The notes under the pieces are model-generated. The model searched no databases and was not told where the DNA came from. It saw nothing but the letters and a program-made list of their open reading frames with translations. The translations under genes and the position numbers were made by a program. This document shows positions 50,749 to 61,346 of a DNA stretch of 64,000 bases, piece after piece (position 1 is the stretch's first letter; every line of letters begins with the position of its first letter). Where the stretch lies: positions 1-64,000 of the forward strand of contig JBFRWN010000047.1 in assembly GCA_051439605.1 (NCBI GenBank). Direction: 5' to 3'. This DNA comes from Synechococcus sp. GTDB taxonomy: Bacteria > Cyanobacteriota > Cyanobacteriia > Thermostichales > PCC-7336.

Positions 50749-51723
50749 ATGAAACGCTTGTGGCTCGGCCTTGGTGTGGCACTGCTGTTGGTCGCGGTCT
50801 TGGGATCTGTCCGTCTACCCAGTCTCTCTAACCCATCGACAGAACAAAGCTTTTCCGTTGCACTCATTGGAGATCTGCCCTATACCTTCGGACAAGAAGA
50901 ACAGTTTCGACACCTGATCGCAGACATTAACCAGTCCGATGTGGCATTTGTGATTCACGATGGAGATCTTAAAAGTGGGTCTACCCATTGTTCGAACGAG
51001 CTCATTGAAGCTCGCAAGCAGCTGTTTGAATCCTTTACCAAACCCTTTATTTACGTGTTAGGGGATAACGAATGGACTGATTGTCATCGCGACAATAACG
51101 GTGCTTACGATCCCCTAGAACGGTTGGATTACGTAAGGGCCTTGTTTACGGAAGGCGATCGCAGCATGGCCGTTCCCAGTCTCGCGCTAGAGCGCCAGAG
51201 TAGCGTTCCCGAATTCTCCCGCTACCGCGAAAACGTGCGTTGGGCGTACAACACGGTCTTGTTTGCCACTCTGCACATAGTGGGCAGCAACAATAACCTG
51301 GGGCGCAATCCGGATGGCGATGCGGAATATCGCGATCGCACCGCTGCAAATTTGGCTTGGTTGCGGGAGACATTTGCGTTGGCAAAAGCGGGTGACTACG
51401 CTGGCTTGATGCTGATTGTGCACGCCAATCCGCTCTTTGAACTGCAGCCCGATGACCCTAACCGAACTGGCTTTAATGAATTTATTGCTGCCTTAGAGAC
51501 GGAACTGTCTTCCTACAATCGCCCAACCATTTTGGTGCATGGGGATACCCACCACTTTCAAATTGACAAACCTCTGCCGCGTCGCGGTCCTGCTTTTCCC
51601 CATTTTACTCGCGTAGAGACCTTTGGTTCCCCCAACGTCCATTGGTTAAGAGCCACGGTCGATCCCGACAGTGCGAATGTATTTGAATTTAGCCAAGAAC
51701 TGAAACTCGAACAGGGATCCTAA
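50749..51723 (+). CDS. Exported calcineurin-like metallophosphoesterase
   Basis: Signal/TM segment; IGDLPY, HDGDLK, LGDNEWTDCH, LVHGDTH. Confidence 0.82.
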   Translation: MKRLWLGLGVALLLVAVLGSVRLPSLSNPSTEQSFSVALIGDLPYTFGQEEQFRHLIADINQSDVAFVIHDGDLKSGSTHCSNELIEARKQLFESFTKPFIYVLGDNEWTDCHRDNNGAYDPLERLDYVRALFTEGDRSMAVPSLALERQSSVPEFSRYRENVRWAYNTVLFATLHIVGSNNNLGRNPDGDAEYRDRTAANLAWLRETFALAKAGDYAGLMLIVHANPLFELQPDDPNRTGFNEFIAALETELSSYNRPTILVHGDTHHFQIDKPLPRRGPAFPHFTRVETFGSPNVHWLRATVDPDSANVFEFSQELKLEQGS

Positions 51724-52080
51724 ACTCTCTTCAAGAGGATTGGGAAGTGGGGAAACTATTTTGCAGGGCGAGAAAAGATTTGCCACATCACAAACAGCGT
51801 AAAACTCAAAAATCCGATTGCGGTAACCCAATCCTGCCAACTGCCGGGAGAGGGAATGATCATGGGCGATCGCCTAGTAACAACACAGGTGAATTATGGC
51901 AGGTACTTGGCAATTCTTTGCCAACAAAGACTTTGCTTGACCCGACTCCAGCGCTTCATATAACTGACTACGCTCGCGAGTCGGGATGCGATCGCCACGA
52001 GTAGGTCGCTCCCACGGTGACGAGTTAATCTGAAAGTCAAAGTCTCGCATTCTTGCACTACCGGGTCGGAGAATTTCCTT

Positions 52081-54699
52081 ATGTCCCTCCTCAATCGCCT
52101 GCACACCCTGAGCGGTTTCGGTCTCGATGAAGACAAAGACAGATCCAAATCCAAATACAAGCCCTTTGCCCGCCCCGGTTCTACCCCCCACTACACCCCC
52201 GATCGCCCCGGTCAGGTAAACCACATTCGCTTAGAGCTAGACATCCGGATTGAGGCCCAAGAAATCGAGGGCACCTGCACCATTCGCCTCACCCCCATCC
52301 GCGACGGCATCGGCACCCTCACCCTGGATGCAGTGAATCTAGACATTCAAGCAGTTCGTTGCGACGGCACCGACCAAGCCTTCGACTACGACGGTCAGCA
52401 GCTCACTATTTCCCTCAAGCCCACCACCCTGACTGGAGCTCCCATCGAACTGGCAATTGACTATGCAGCTCGCCAGCCACAGCGGGGGATTTACTTTATC
52501 GCCCCCGACAAGCACTACCCCGACAAACCCGTCCAGGTGTGGACCCAAGGGGAGGACGAAGATTCCCGCTACTGGTTCCCTTGCTTTGACTATCCCGGTC
52601 AACTGGCCACCTCCGAAATCTTGGCCACCGTATCCGAACCCTACACCGCCGTCAGCAACGGCGAACTACTCGCAGTAACCCCCGCTGGCGATAGCAAAAA
52701 GACCTTTCACTGGAGTCAACAGGAAGTCCATCCCTCCTATCTGGTGGCACTGGCGATTGGGGATTTTGCCGAATTGCGGGACGAGTGGCAGGGCAAGCCC
52801 GTGACTTACTACGTCGAGAAGGGTCGCGAAGAGCAGGGCCGCCTCACCATGGGCAAGACCCCCGAAATGGTGGAGTTCTTTTCAAAGACATTTGGCTATC
52901 CCTACGCCTATCCCAAATACGCCCAGGTGTGTGTGGATGACTTTATCTTTGGTGGCATGGAAAATACCTCCGTCACGCTGCTGACCGATCGCTGCTTACT
53001 AGACGAAAGAGCGGCAATCGACAATCTGCGGGCAGAAACCTTGGTGGCCCACGAGCTAGCCCACCAGTGGTTTGGGGACTTGATTGTGATTAAGCATTGG
53101 TCCCATGCCTGGGTAAAAGAGGGCATGGCCACCTACTCAGAGACTTTGTGGCTGGATCGTGCCTACAGCCAGGAGCGGGCTGACTACAACCGCTACGGCG
53201 ATCAAACCACCTATTTAAAGGAAGATTCCGGTCGATATCGTCGGCCGATAGTTACGCATGTCTACAAGGAGGCGATCGAACTCTACGATCGCCACATCTA
53301 CGAGAAAGGGGCCTGCGTCTATCACATGCTGCGGCGGATGTTGGGGGATGACCTCTTCTTTAAGACCGTCAAAACCCTCATCACTGACAATGCCCACAGC
53401 ACTGTAGACACCGACGATATGGTGCGCGCTGCGGACAAAGCCACTGGCATCAACATCCGCCCGCTGCTGGATATGTACGTCTTTCGTGGGGGACATCCTG
53501 ACTATAAAGTGGCCTACAGCTGGGACGGGGATGCCAAGCTGGCCAAAGTCACCGTCACCCAAACCCAAGACAAAGAGTTTCTCTTCGATCTGAAACTTCC
53601 CATCGCGTTTGGCTATTACGATGGCTCTGCTGAAGGCAGCACCGTTGACATGAAGGAATTCGCGGTCCGCGTTCACGAAGCGGAACAAAGTTTCTTCTTC
53701 CCCCTAGAAGCCAAGCCCCAGTTCGTCTGCTTCGACAACGGCAACCACCATCTCAAAACTGTCGAGCTATCCTACGCTCTCCCCGAACTGAAGGGGCAGC
53801 TTTTGCATGCCCCCGATGTCATCTCCCGCATTGACGCTGCGAAGGCGATCGCCAAAAAAGGTAATCTCGAAGCCGTCAAAGCGTTGAAAGCCTGCCTTGA
53901 CAGCGATGCGTTTTGGGGGGTCAAGGTGCAGGTGTGCAAGGCTCTGGCCGATGTCGCCCTCGACCAAGTGTTCGACGTTCTGTTGGCTGCTCTGGAGGAC
54001 GAGAACCCCCACGTGCGCAAAGCGGCGATCGAGGGATTGACCAAGTTCAAGACTCGTTCGTGTTTCGATCGCCTGTTGAAAGTGTTGGAGCAGGGGGATG
54101 CCAGTTACCTCGTCGAAGCCGCTGCGGCCCGCGCCATCGGCACTATTGCCGCCAAAGCAGTTGATGGTGAGGTGGAAGAATCTGAGGCGATCTCCACCCT
54201 TCAGTCAGTGCTGGAAACCAAAGCGGGCTGGAACGAAGTGGTACGCTCTGGGGCGATTGGTGGCTTGTCTGAAATGAAAGAGTCGGAGGCGGCCCTCGAC
54301 CTAATACTCGGCCACACTAAACTGGGAGTTCCTCAACCTCTCCGTCTCGCTTCGATCCGTGCTTTGGGGGCTTATGCCTCCGAACGGGAGAATGCCAAAG
54401 TGTTGGAGCGCCTGAGGGAACTGTCTCGCGAAACCTTCTTCCTGACCGAGGTAGCCACTGTCAACGCCTTGGGTCAGCTAAACACCACCAAAGCCATTCC
54501 AGTGTTGCAGCAGTTGGAGAGCAGCGACGGTCGGGTGGAACGGATGGTGTCGGAGGCGATCGCCCGCGTTCAGAAAAAAGCGGGTTCCGATAGTTCGATT
54601 AAGGAGCTCAGAGACGAGTTGGAAACGTTGAAGAAAAAGAATCAGGATCTCGTCAGCCGCTTAGAACAACTGGAGGCGAAAGCCAAAAACGGAGGGTAA
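52081..54699 (+). CDS. pepN: M1 family aminopeptidase with C-terminal HEAT repeats and coiled coil
   Basis: GGMEN, HELAHQWFGD...E (HExxH-x18-E), YEKGA. Confidence 0.92.
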   Translation: MSLLNRLHTLSGFGLDEDKDRSKSKYKPFARPGSTPHYTPDRPGQVNHIRLELDIRIEAQEIEGTCTIRLTPIRDGIGTLTLDAVNLDIQAVRCDGTDQAFDYDGQQLTISLKPTTLTGAPIELAIDYAARQPQRGIYFIAPDKHYPDKPVQVWTQGEDEDSRYWFPCFDYPGQLATSEILATVSEPYTAVSNGELLAVTPAGDSKKTFHWSQQEVHPSYLVALAIGDFAELRDEWQGKPVTYYVEKGREEQGRLTMGKTPEMVEFFSKTFGYPYAYPKYAQVCVDDFIFGGMENTSVTLLTDRCLLDERAAIDNLRAETLVAHELAHQWFGDLIVIKHWSHAWVKEGMATYSETLWLDRAYSQERADYNRYGDQTTYLKEDSGRYRRPIVTHVYKEAIELYDRHIYEKGACVYHMLRRMLGDDLFFKTVKTLITDNAHSTVDTDDMVRAADKATGINIRPLLDMYVFRGGHPDYKVAYSWDGDAKLAKVTVTQTQDKEFLFDLKLPIAFGYYDGSAEGSTVDMKEFAVRVHEAEQSFFFPLEAKPQFVCFDNGNHHLKTVELSYALPELKGQLLHAPDVISRIDAAKAIAKKGNLEAVKALKACLDSDAFWGVKVQVCKALADVALDQVFDVLLAALEDENPHVRKAAIEGLTKFKTRSCFDRLLKVLEQGDASYLVEAAAARAIGTIAAKAVDGEVEESEAISTLQSVLETKAGWNEVVRSGAIGGLSEMKESEAALDLILGHTKLGVPQPLRLASIRALGAYASERENAKVLERLRELSRETFFLTEVATVNALGQLNTTKAIPVLQQLESSDGRVERMVSEAIARVQKKAGSDSSIKELRDELETLKKKNQDLVSRLEQLEAKAKNGG

Positions 54700-54725
54700 G
54701 CAATTTACAGACGGTAGGCAGATTC

Positions 54726-55219
54726 ATGACACATATCAACTACGGCAATATCGCCGAGATCTACGATGCTTACGTCTGTTCAGACTTCGATTTTGCTTTC
54801 TTCAGAAAAGAACTAGCCGACGTGTCTAGTCCCGTCCTCGAATTGACATCGGGCACGGGTCGACTCTCTCTGCCGCTTGCAGAATCTGGAGCAGACCTCA
54901 CGTGCGTCGATCGCTCTTCGGACATGCTGTCCGTGCTGTCTCGTAAATTCGCCGATCGCGGACTAAGTGTTATTAAACGGGGTGGAGATCCGGTTATTTC
55001 CCGATTGCAGTTCTTTGAGTACTTCACAACGCGGATGGCCTTTTGGAATGGAAAAAATTGCTGCCCATGCAATTTGAATCGATCGAATACGAGAACTTTG
55101 AACGCATGGCTAAACAAACAGGCTTTCACGTAGACTCCGTACTGGGTGACTACTCCGACGCGGTCTTCGATCCAAAAACAAGTCCCGTGATGATTTGGCG
55201 TCTCCAAAAACCTGCATAA
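54726..55219 (+). pseudogene. Class I SAM methyltransferase remnant (internal deletion plus frameshift)
   Basis: Motif I VLELTSGTGRL and VDRSSDML present, central motifs missing. The C-terminal segment ADGLLEWKK...GFHVDSVLGDYS...SPVMIWRLQKPA* lies in another frame from about 55028 to TAA 55217-55219. Confidence 0.7.
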
Positions 55220-55326
55220 CCATGCGATGCACGGGTGGACGCGAACCGAGCAGTTTAGTCAGTAGCTCAGTCTTTCGCAGTCTCCTGACCATCGCTGCAG
55301 CCAAGTAGTCGGAGTGCCGTTAAACC

Positions 55327-55656
55327 TTAAAAGGGCGTAACCGATCGCAGCAACTTGCGCAACTTCAGCAACACAATCAACCGCTGTAGCTCGGGTGAAA
55401 CTCGAGAATGGGTCTCTTGACTCTCCTGAAGTAATACCTCCAATTCCGCATACTCAGTCGCCGACACTTCACTGTTATCCAATGCCGATCGCCCCCCCAA
55501 CTCCACGTGATTGCGCAACACCTCTTCTGGAATCTCGTCAGCGGGAGGGAGGGCAAGGGCTGGGAATGCGCCCAAACCCGCGATCGTAGCCATGCCGGCA
55601 ACACACCCGCACACAACAGTGCTAACCCGAATACTGACCCAAGAGAATGGCATCAT
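55327..55656 (-). CDS. Conserved cyanobacterial hypothetical protein
   Basis: Signal-like N-terminus, ALPPADEIPEEVLR, YAELE, LKLRKLLRSVTPF. Confidence 0.7.
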   Translation of the reverse strand: MMPFSWVSIRVSTVVCGCVAGMATIAGLGAFPALALPPADEIPEEVLRNHVELGGRSALDNSEVSATEYAELEVLLQESQETHSRVSPELQRLIVLLKLRKLLRSVTPF

Positions 55657-55774
55657 GGCTCAAGACTTTCCATGGCTCTAGCATAGTCATTCCCCCTCAA
55701 CGAGGCATTACCCACCATCATCCGAGATAGGGTGGGAGCGGCTGAAGAAATCTGACACGTGATTGGTCGATCGC

Positions 55775-56614
55775 ATGAGCGGTATCGTCACCCTAATGAG
55801 CGACTTTGGTGAGCAGGATGTCTACGTCGCAGTCATGAAAGGGGTCATCGCTGGCATTAATCCCCACCTCACCGTGGTGGACCTAACCCACGCTATCCCT
55901 CCCCAAGACATCAACAGCGGTCAATTCCAGCTCGGTAACGCCGCCCCCTATTTCCCCACAGGCACCGTGCATGTGGCGGTGATCGACCCAGGAGTCGGCA
56001 GTCAGCGGCGAGCAGTGGCGATCGCCTGTGAGTGCGGAATTTTGGTGGGACCCGATAACGGTCTCTTCAGTCAACTATGCGATCGCTATCCGCCCACAGC
56101 AGCAGTCGAACTGACGAACCCCGCTTATTGGCGAGTTCAATCCCCCAGCGCCACCTTCCACGGTCGAGATATTTTTGCTCCGGTGGGGGCACATCTGGCC
56201 TCCGGTGTCCCGCTAGCTCGGGTGGGCACCCCCATTCATCTCCGGAAACTCGTTCGACACAGTTTTCCTGCCGTTCGACGGGAGGAGAACCGACTGATAG
56301 GCACCATTCAAACTTGCGATCGCTTCGGCAACTGCATTTCCACAATCTCGGAGCAGGATGTACAGGGGTATGACTGGGAGGCGATCGTCAACGGTCAATC
56401 TCTAAGCAGGGGATACACCTACAGCGACGTCTGCTGGGGGGAGCCGCTGGCTTTGATCGGCAGTCATGGCTGGGTGGAGCTGGCTGTCAATGGTGGAAAC
56501 GCCAGAGACCGATTGCAGTTGCAGTGTGACGATAAGGTGGAGATACGCTTGCTGGATTCACCCCGAGATTCCGCACAGTCTGACCCACCCTCCCCCCTAT
56601 CCACAAGTCTGTAG
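55775..56614 (+). CDS. SAM hydroxide adenosyltransferase (DUF62 family)
   Basis: TLMSDFG, MKGVI, VIDPGVGSQRR, GPDNG, TFHGRDIF, DRFGN, ELAVNGGNA. Confidence 0.9.
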   Translation: MSGIVTLMSDFGEQDVYVAVMKGVIAGINPHLTVVDLTHAIPPQDINSGQFQLGNAAPYFPTGTVHVAVIDPGVGSQRRAVAIACECGILVGPDNGLFSQLCDRYPPTAAVELTNPAYWRVQSPSATFHGRDIFAPVGAHLASGVPLARVGTPIHLRKLVRHSFPAVRREENRLIGTIQTCDRFGNCISTISEQDVQGYDWEAIVNGQSLSRGYTYSDVCWGEPLALIGSHGWVELAVNGGNARDRLQLQCDDKVEIRLLDSPRDSAQSDPPSPLSTSL

Positions 56615-56626
56615 AGGCCATCCCCC

Positions 56627-57622
56627 GTGTTTTTTAGTGTGGTCATTCCCACTTACAATCGCTTGCCCATCCTGCAGAAATGCCTGCGGGAGATTGCCCA
56701 CCAGCACCCTGGGGACTATGAGGATTACGAAATTATTGTGGTGGATGATGGCTCCACCGATGGGACGGTGGACTGGCTGCAATCGGCAGATCTTCCAAGG
56801 GTACGGTGGTACGTTCAAGATCACTTAGGCCCTGCCGCTGCCCGCAACCTAGGGGTGACCCAATCTCGTGGGGATACGATTGTCTTTATCGATAGCGATC
56901 TGGTGGTCGTCAATAATTTCTTAGCAGCCCACGCAGCAGTATTGCAGGAACACTACCGCCAAAATGACGGAAAAGCAGCCAAAGTCTTTGTGTACGGGCA
57001 GGTGATTAACACCAGCAACTTTGACAATCCCCGCTCGGAACCGTTCAAACCTACAGATTTTTCGGCGGCATTTTTCGCGACGGGCAACGTGGCGATCGCC
57101 CGTCAATGGCTCGATGCAGTGGCGGAATCCCCCGAGGGTCCCTTTGACAATCGCTTTCAGCTGTATGGCTGGGAGGACTTAGAGCTGGGAGTACGGTTAA
57201 AAAATATCGGCATTCGTATGGTGAAATCCCCCGCAGCAGCGGGATACCACTGGAATCCAGTTTTCAGTCTCGATCGCATTCCCCATCTGATTGACCGCGA
57301 ATGGCAGCGGGGCAGGATGGGGGTCTTGTTTTATCAAAAACATCCCACCTGGGATGTACGCATGATGATTCAAATGACCCCACTGCATAAAATTCTCTGG
57401 GGGCTGCTGTCCCTGTGGGGATTCTGGAACGAGCGGCGCATTCGTCCGGCTTTAGAGTGGTTGGTAGCTCGCAATCAACCGGGTCTGGCACTGGAACTTT
57501 GCCGCATTTGTTTTCTAAATTGGTACCAAGTCCAAGGGGTGTACGAAGCCCATCGAGAGTGGCAGAAAACCGGCCAGCTCGCGTTACCCGCATCCCCATC
57601 TCAACGAGGGTCCTCCCAATGA
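56627..57622 (+). CDS. Glycosyltransferase family 2
   Basis: SVVIPTYNR, VVDDGSTDGT, GPAAARN, FIDSD, YGWEDLELG. Confidence 0.92.
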   Translation: MFFSVVIPTYNRLPILQKCLREIAHQHPGDYEDYEIIVVDDGSTDGTVDWLQSADLPRVRWYVQDHLGPAAARNLGVTQSRGDTIVFIDSDLVVVNNFLAAHAAVLQEHYRQNDGKAAKVFVYGQVINTSNFDNPRSEPFKPTDFSAAFFATGNVAIARQWLDAVAESPEGPFDNRFQLYGWEDLELGVRLKNIGIRMVKSPAAAGYHWNPVFSLDRIPHLIDREWQRGRMGVLFYQKHPTWDVRMMIQMTPLHKILWGLLSLWGFWNERRIRPALEWLVARNQPGLALELCRICFLNWYQVQGVYEAHREWQKTGQLALPASPSQRGSSQ

Positions 57623-58665
57623 CAATTCCCCCCCGAGATCCTGCAGGCCCAGCCCGACGGAGCGACTGGCTGTTCTCACCCAAAATCTGGTCATCACCCA
57701 ATAATTGGTTATCAGCCAAAATGCTGTCATCTGCCTTGCTGCCATCCATGATGGTGGCCAGCCTGCTGGCGTCCTGCGGAGGATCCCCCTCCACCGTTTC
57801 AACCTCTGACTCTGAAGAGGAAACCAGCGGAAATCAGCTGGTATACGAAAACCTGAATTTGACCGAGACAAACGAAGCCGGGGACTTGTTGTGGGAACTC
57901 AACGCCTCTACAGCTGAGTACGGCGCTCAGGGGCAAGCGGCGCAACTGTTTGACGTGTCTGGTGTGATATACGACGGGCAGGGGAATCAAATTTTGCTTG
58001 AGGCCGAAACAGGTTTGGTGCTCCCAGGGGGGGAGAGGATGGAACTCGAAGAGAATTTTGTGGCAGAGTTTCCTCATCTCAACTTGAAACTGGTGGCCGA
58101 ACGGGCTGCCTGGATAACCAATGGCAATACCCTGACTGCTGTGGGTAACGTTGTCATCACAGAACTCGACAAACAGGTGGTGTTGGAGGGCGATCGCATC
58201 ACCGCTGACCTGGCCAAGAACTTTATTCGCTTGCGCAACGACACTGACGACCCCTTACAGGCACGGTCAGTGGATCCCCCCATCGATATGCTGATGTCCG
58301 AGCTTGACTGGGATTTGTCCGAAAAGCTGGTCATGGCCCGCGGCAATGTTGATGTTTACCACAGCGAACAATCCATTCGCCTGCAGGGAAACCTCATGAC
58401 TCTGGAAATCCCTACCGATCTCCTGACGATCTCCGAGCAGGTCTACGCGTTTTCTGAAACAGATGGCGCACAGCTCTGGGCAGATCGAGCGGAATGGATA
58501 TTGGGTAGCGACATCACCGATGCCTTTGGTAACGTTCGGTACGAGCAACCCGAACAGGATCTGAGTGTTGCAGGCCCCAAGGGTCAAGCAAATTGGGCCA
58601 CCAATACGTTCACCGTTTTGGGGCGCAGCACCCTGACCCAATTCACCCTGCCCGATAATGAGTAG
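57619..58665 (+). CDS. lptC: LptC-like LPS export periplasmic lipoprotein
   Basis: ATGA overlap with the upstream stop; lipobox LLAS-C; repeated beta-jellyroll segments (GDLLWELNA, AVGNVVI, ARGNV, AFGNV). Confidence 0.72.
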   Translation: MTIPPRDPAGPARRSDWLFSPKIWSSPNNWLSAKMLSSALLPSMMVASLLASCGGSPSTVSTSDSEEETSGNQLVYENLNLTETNEAGDLLWELNASTAEYGAQGQAAQLFDVSGVIYDGQGNQILLEAETGLVLPGGERMELEENFVAEFPHLNLKLVAERAAWITNGNTLTAVGNVVITELDKQVVLEGDRITADLAKNFIRLRNDTDDPLQARSVDPPIDMLMSELDWDLSEKLVMARGNVDVYHSEQSIRLQGNLMTLEIPTDLLTISEQVYAFSETDGAQLWADRAEWILGSDITDAFGNVRYEQPEQDLSVAGPKGQANWATNTFTVLGRSTLTQFTLPDNE

Positions 58666-58785
58666 CCACAGACTCCGTCTCGCTATATGCAGCTATATAT
58701 CTGGCACACGGGTCGCCCTTGCAACTCCCCGTTCCCCTCTTAATCCCATGTCATTTCCTATCGTCGATCTCACTGCAGGCGATTC

Positions 58786-59298
58786 ATGAATTTGCCCACT
58801 TGGATTACTGTTTCGCGCCTGTTAGCAGTTCCCATTATTCTGATTGGCCTCACCCTCGACACATTCACCTGGCATCAAATTGCTTTGGCAGCCTTTCTGT
58901 TGGGGGCCTGTACAGACTGGCTAGATGGCTATTTAGCGCGCAAACTCAATCAGGTGACGGACCTGGGCAAGCTACTTGACCCATTAGTGGACAAGTTACT
59001 GGTGCTGGCCCCCCTGCTCTGCTTAGTTCAGCTACAACAAATTCCAGCTTGGGGAGTATTCCTGCTGCTGGCACGCGAGCTGGCGATTTCAGGCTGGCGC
59101 AGTCAGCTCAAGCAGATGGCGGGCGCGAACTGGTGGGGGAAAGGTAAAACGGTGATGCAAATTGTAGCGATCGCCCTACTGATTGCCCGTTTGCCGGGGG
59201 GGGTCATTTGCTTTTGGATTGCAGTGGGACTCACCCTGTGGTCAGGACTAATCTACATCTTTCCAAGACTGGGAGGCGCCACCCAAGCCGAGAGTTGA
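58786..59298 (+). CDS. pgsA: CDP-diacylglycerol--glycerol-3-phosphate 3-phosphatidyltransferase
   Basis: NLPTWITVSR, TDWLDGYLARK...GKLLDPLVDK. Confidence 0.95.
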   Translation: MNLPTWITVSRLLAVPIILIGLTLDTFTWHQIALAAFLLGACTDWLDGYLARKLNQVTDLGKLLDPLVDKLLVLAPLLCLVQLQQIPAWGVFLLLARELAISGWRSQLKQMAGANWWGKGKTVMQIVAIALLIARLPGGVICFWIAVGLTLWSGLIYIFPRLGGATQAES

Positions 59299-59558
59299 AT
59301 CCCGTTGGCCATTCGGTTGAAATCAGCCACACCTTGGCCCCTGCGATTTTTCGGCTGCTTTCAATGTTCCAAGCACGTGAAAAACGGCATATGACCAGCT
59401 TTTGCGAATGTCTGAGGCTACCCTACCTATAGCGATTGTCATCTCTGACACGACATCAATTGCATACCCAGCAAAGGGTTGGAGTACGAGATGTCCTCAG
59501 CGACGTGGCGGTCGCCATCAAGCAGAACAGGTCAAGGAAATCCTAAGGTAGATATCCT

Positions 59559-60053
59559 GTGGTGCGGATTCTAGGCATCGATCCCGGAATGGGGACAATG
59601 GGGTTTGGCTTAATTGCCGCCCACGAAGAAGGGGGGGTAGAGATGCTGGAATGTGGGGTGATCTCTACCCCAAAAAAGACAGCGGTCACCGATCGCCTGC
59701 ACATTCTCCATCAAGATTTAATCACTCTGCTGACAGACTTCCAACCGGATCGCGTGGGAATTGAAAAACTATTTTTTTACCGCATGGGCAACACGATTCT
59801 GGTGGCTCAGGCAAGGGGGGTAATCTTGCTTTCCTTAGCCCAGCATGGCTTTGCCCCCAGCGAATTTACCCCCGCCCAAATCAAAAAGGCCCTGACGGGG
59901 TACGGCAATGCTGACAAACAAGCGGTGCAGGAGGCAGTCACTCGAGAACTGCAGTTGGCAACCATCCCGCGTCCTGACGATGCTGCCGATGGGTTGGCGA
60001 TCGCCTTAACCACTTGGTACTCTCGCTTTGAACCTGCCGGAGAAAAGCTTTAG
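59559..60053 (+). CDS. ruvC: Holliday junction resolvase
   Basis: [40 protein letters not shown]. Confidence 0.96.
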   Translation: MVRILGIDPGMGTMGFGLIAAHEEGGVEMLECGVISTPKKTAVTDRLHILHQDLITLLTDFQPDRVGIEKLFFYRMGNTILVAQARGVILLSLAQHGFAPSEFTPAQIKKALTGYGNADKQAVQEAVTRELQLATIPRPDDAADGLAIALTTWYSRFEPAGEKL

Positions 60054-60137
60054 CGCCATCTTTAGCGCCATAGAACTGATGCGATATCATCCAAGTTCTG
60101 CCGCTCCAGATCCCTTCTATGAAGAATCGGAACACAA

Positions 60138-61346
60138 CTAGCGCGAGAACCGTTTTCCCTCATTTGGACTGGATGCAGTGCTGGCGATCCATACCGTTGG
60201 GGCGCGGTTGACTTCGCGAGCCACGCGAATCAAGAAACCAGCTGCCACCAAACTGGCCAGCATCGAACTCCCCCCGTAGCTAAATAAAGGTAGGGTCACC
60301 CCCGTGGCTGGCAACAAACTGGCCACCACACCAATATTGATTAACGATTGACCTACTAGCAGAAATAGGCAGCCGTAGGCCACCAAACGCAGGCGCATGT
60401 CTTGGCAGCGAGATGCCACCCGTAGCGATAGCCAGGTAAATGCCAGCAGCAACAGCAGAAAAGCAACGGTACCTACGGCCCCAAACTCTTCGGCGTACAC
60501 CGAGAAAATAAAGTCCGTGTAGTGAATGGGTAGGTAATCGAGTTTTTGCTTCGAGAGACCGAATCCCACCCCCCACAGGCCACCCGAGCCAATGGCAATC
60601 AGACTCTGCACCACCTGATAATTCTCCGCCTTGACCTCGCTGTTCGGCATCAATAATGCGATCACCCGTCTTAGCTGGTAGGGATTGGTCAGAATACTGA
60701 ACAGGGCAGTGGTCACCCCCAAAGCTGCAGCACTGCACATCAGCCGCAGAGAAACCCCCGCAACAAAAGCCATCAACCACAGGGTCAGGCCACAGATAGC
60801 TGTTGTCCCCAAATCGGGCTGGGTCAGAACAGCCCCCATCCCCACCCCAAACAAGCTAATCCACAGAATTCGGTACCAGCGGGGATGAACGTGCCAGCGG
60901 CCAAACACCACTGCTGCCTGCAGCACCAACATCGGCTTGAGAAATTCTGACGGCTGAATGGGAATGCCCAGGTTGAGCCAGCGGGTGGCTTCGTTGCGGG
61001 TTTCTCCCAAACCGGGGACATGGGTGGCCAACACTAGCAGCAAAGCAGCCACGTACATTAGCCCGCACAGCTTGAACCAGTTTCGCATCGAAATGCGGGC
61101 AATAACTGCAATCCCCCCCACCCCCAGCAGAACAAAGGCTGCTTGCCGCTTCACAAAGAAGAGTCCATCGTTGAAATCTGCTTGGGCAAGGGGGAGGGAG
61201 GCTGAGGCTAACGCGAGTAATCCCAATACAATCCAGCACAGGGTGAGGGATTGTAACCATCGGGCTTCACAGGACCAGACGCCGGCTGCACTGTTGAAAA
61301 TGCTCGCCCCGCTGTTCGAAGTTGGAGTATTGGTCAAAGCTGGCAC
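60138..61346 (-). CDS. ftsW: SEDS family cell division protein FtsW
   Basis: ATRWL...IQPSEFLK, QPDLGT, YQLRR, YQVVQSLIAIGSGG, YTDFIF..EEFG, LPLFSYGGSS; follows murD. Confidence 0.9.
   Translation of the reverse strand: MPALTNTPTSNSGASIFNSAAGVWSCEARWLQSLTLCWIVLGLLALASASLPLAQADFNDGLFFVKRQAAFVLLGVGGIAVIARISMRNWFKLCGLMYVAALLLVLATHVPGLGETRNEATRWLNLGIPIQPSEFLKPMLVLQAAVVFGRWHVHPRWYRILWISLFGVGMGAVLTQPDLGTTAICGLTLWLMAFVAGVSLRLMCSAAALGVTTALFSILTNPYQLRRVIALLMPNSEVKAENYQVVQSLIAIGSGGLWGVGFGLSKQKLDYLPIHYTDFIFSVYAEEFGAVGTVAFLLLLLAFTWLSLRVASRCQDMRLRLVAYGCLFLLVGQSLINIGVVASLLPATGVTLPLFSYGGSSMLASLVAAGFLIRVAREVNRAPTVWIASTASSPNEGKRFSR

Noticed and set aside
55775..56614. SAM-dependent fluorinase/chlorinase
   Set aside because: It retains the Asp-Arg-His signature (DPGVG...RR, TFHGRD) of DUF62 SAM hydrolases and has no biosynthetic cluster context
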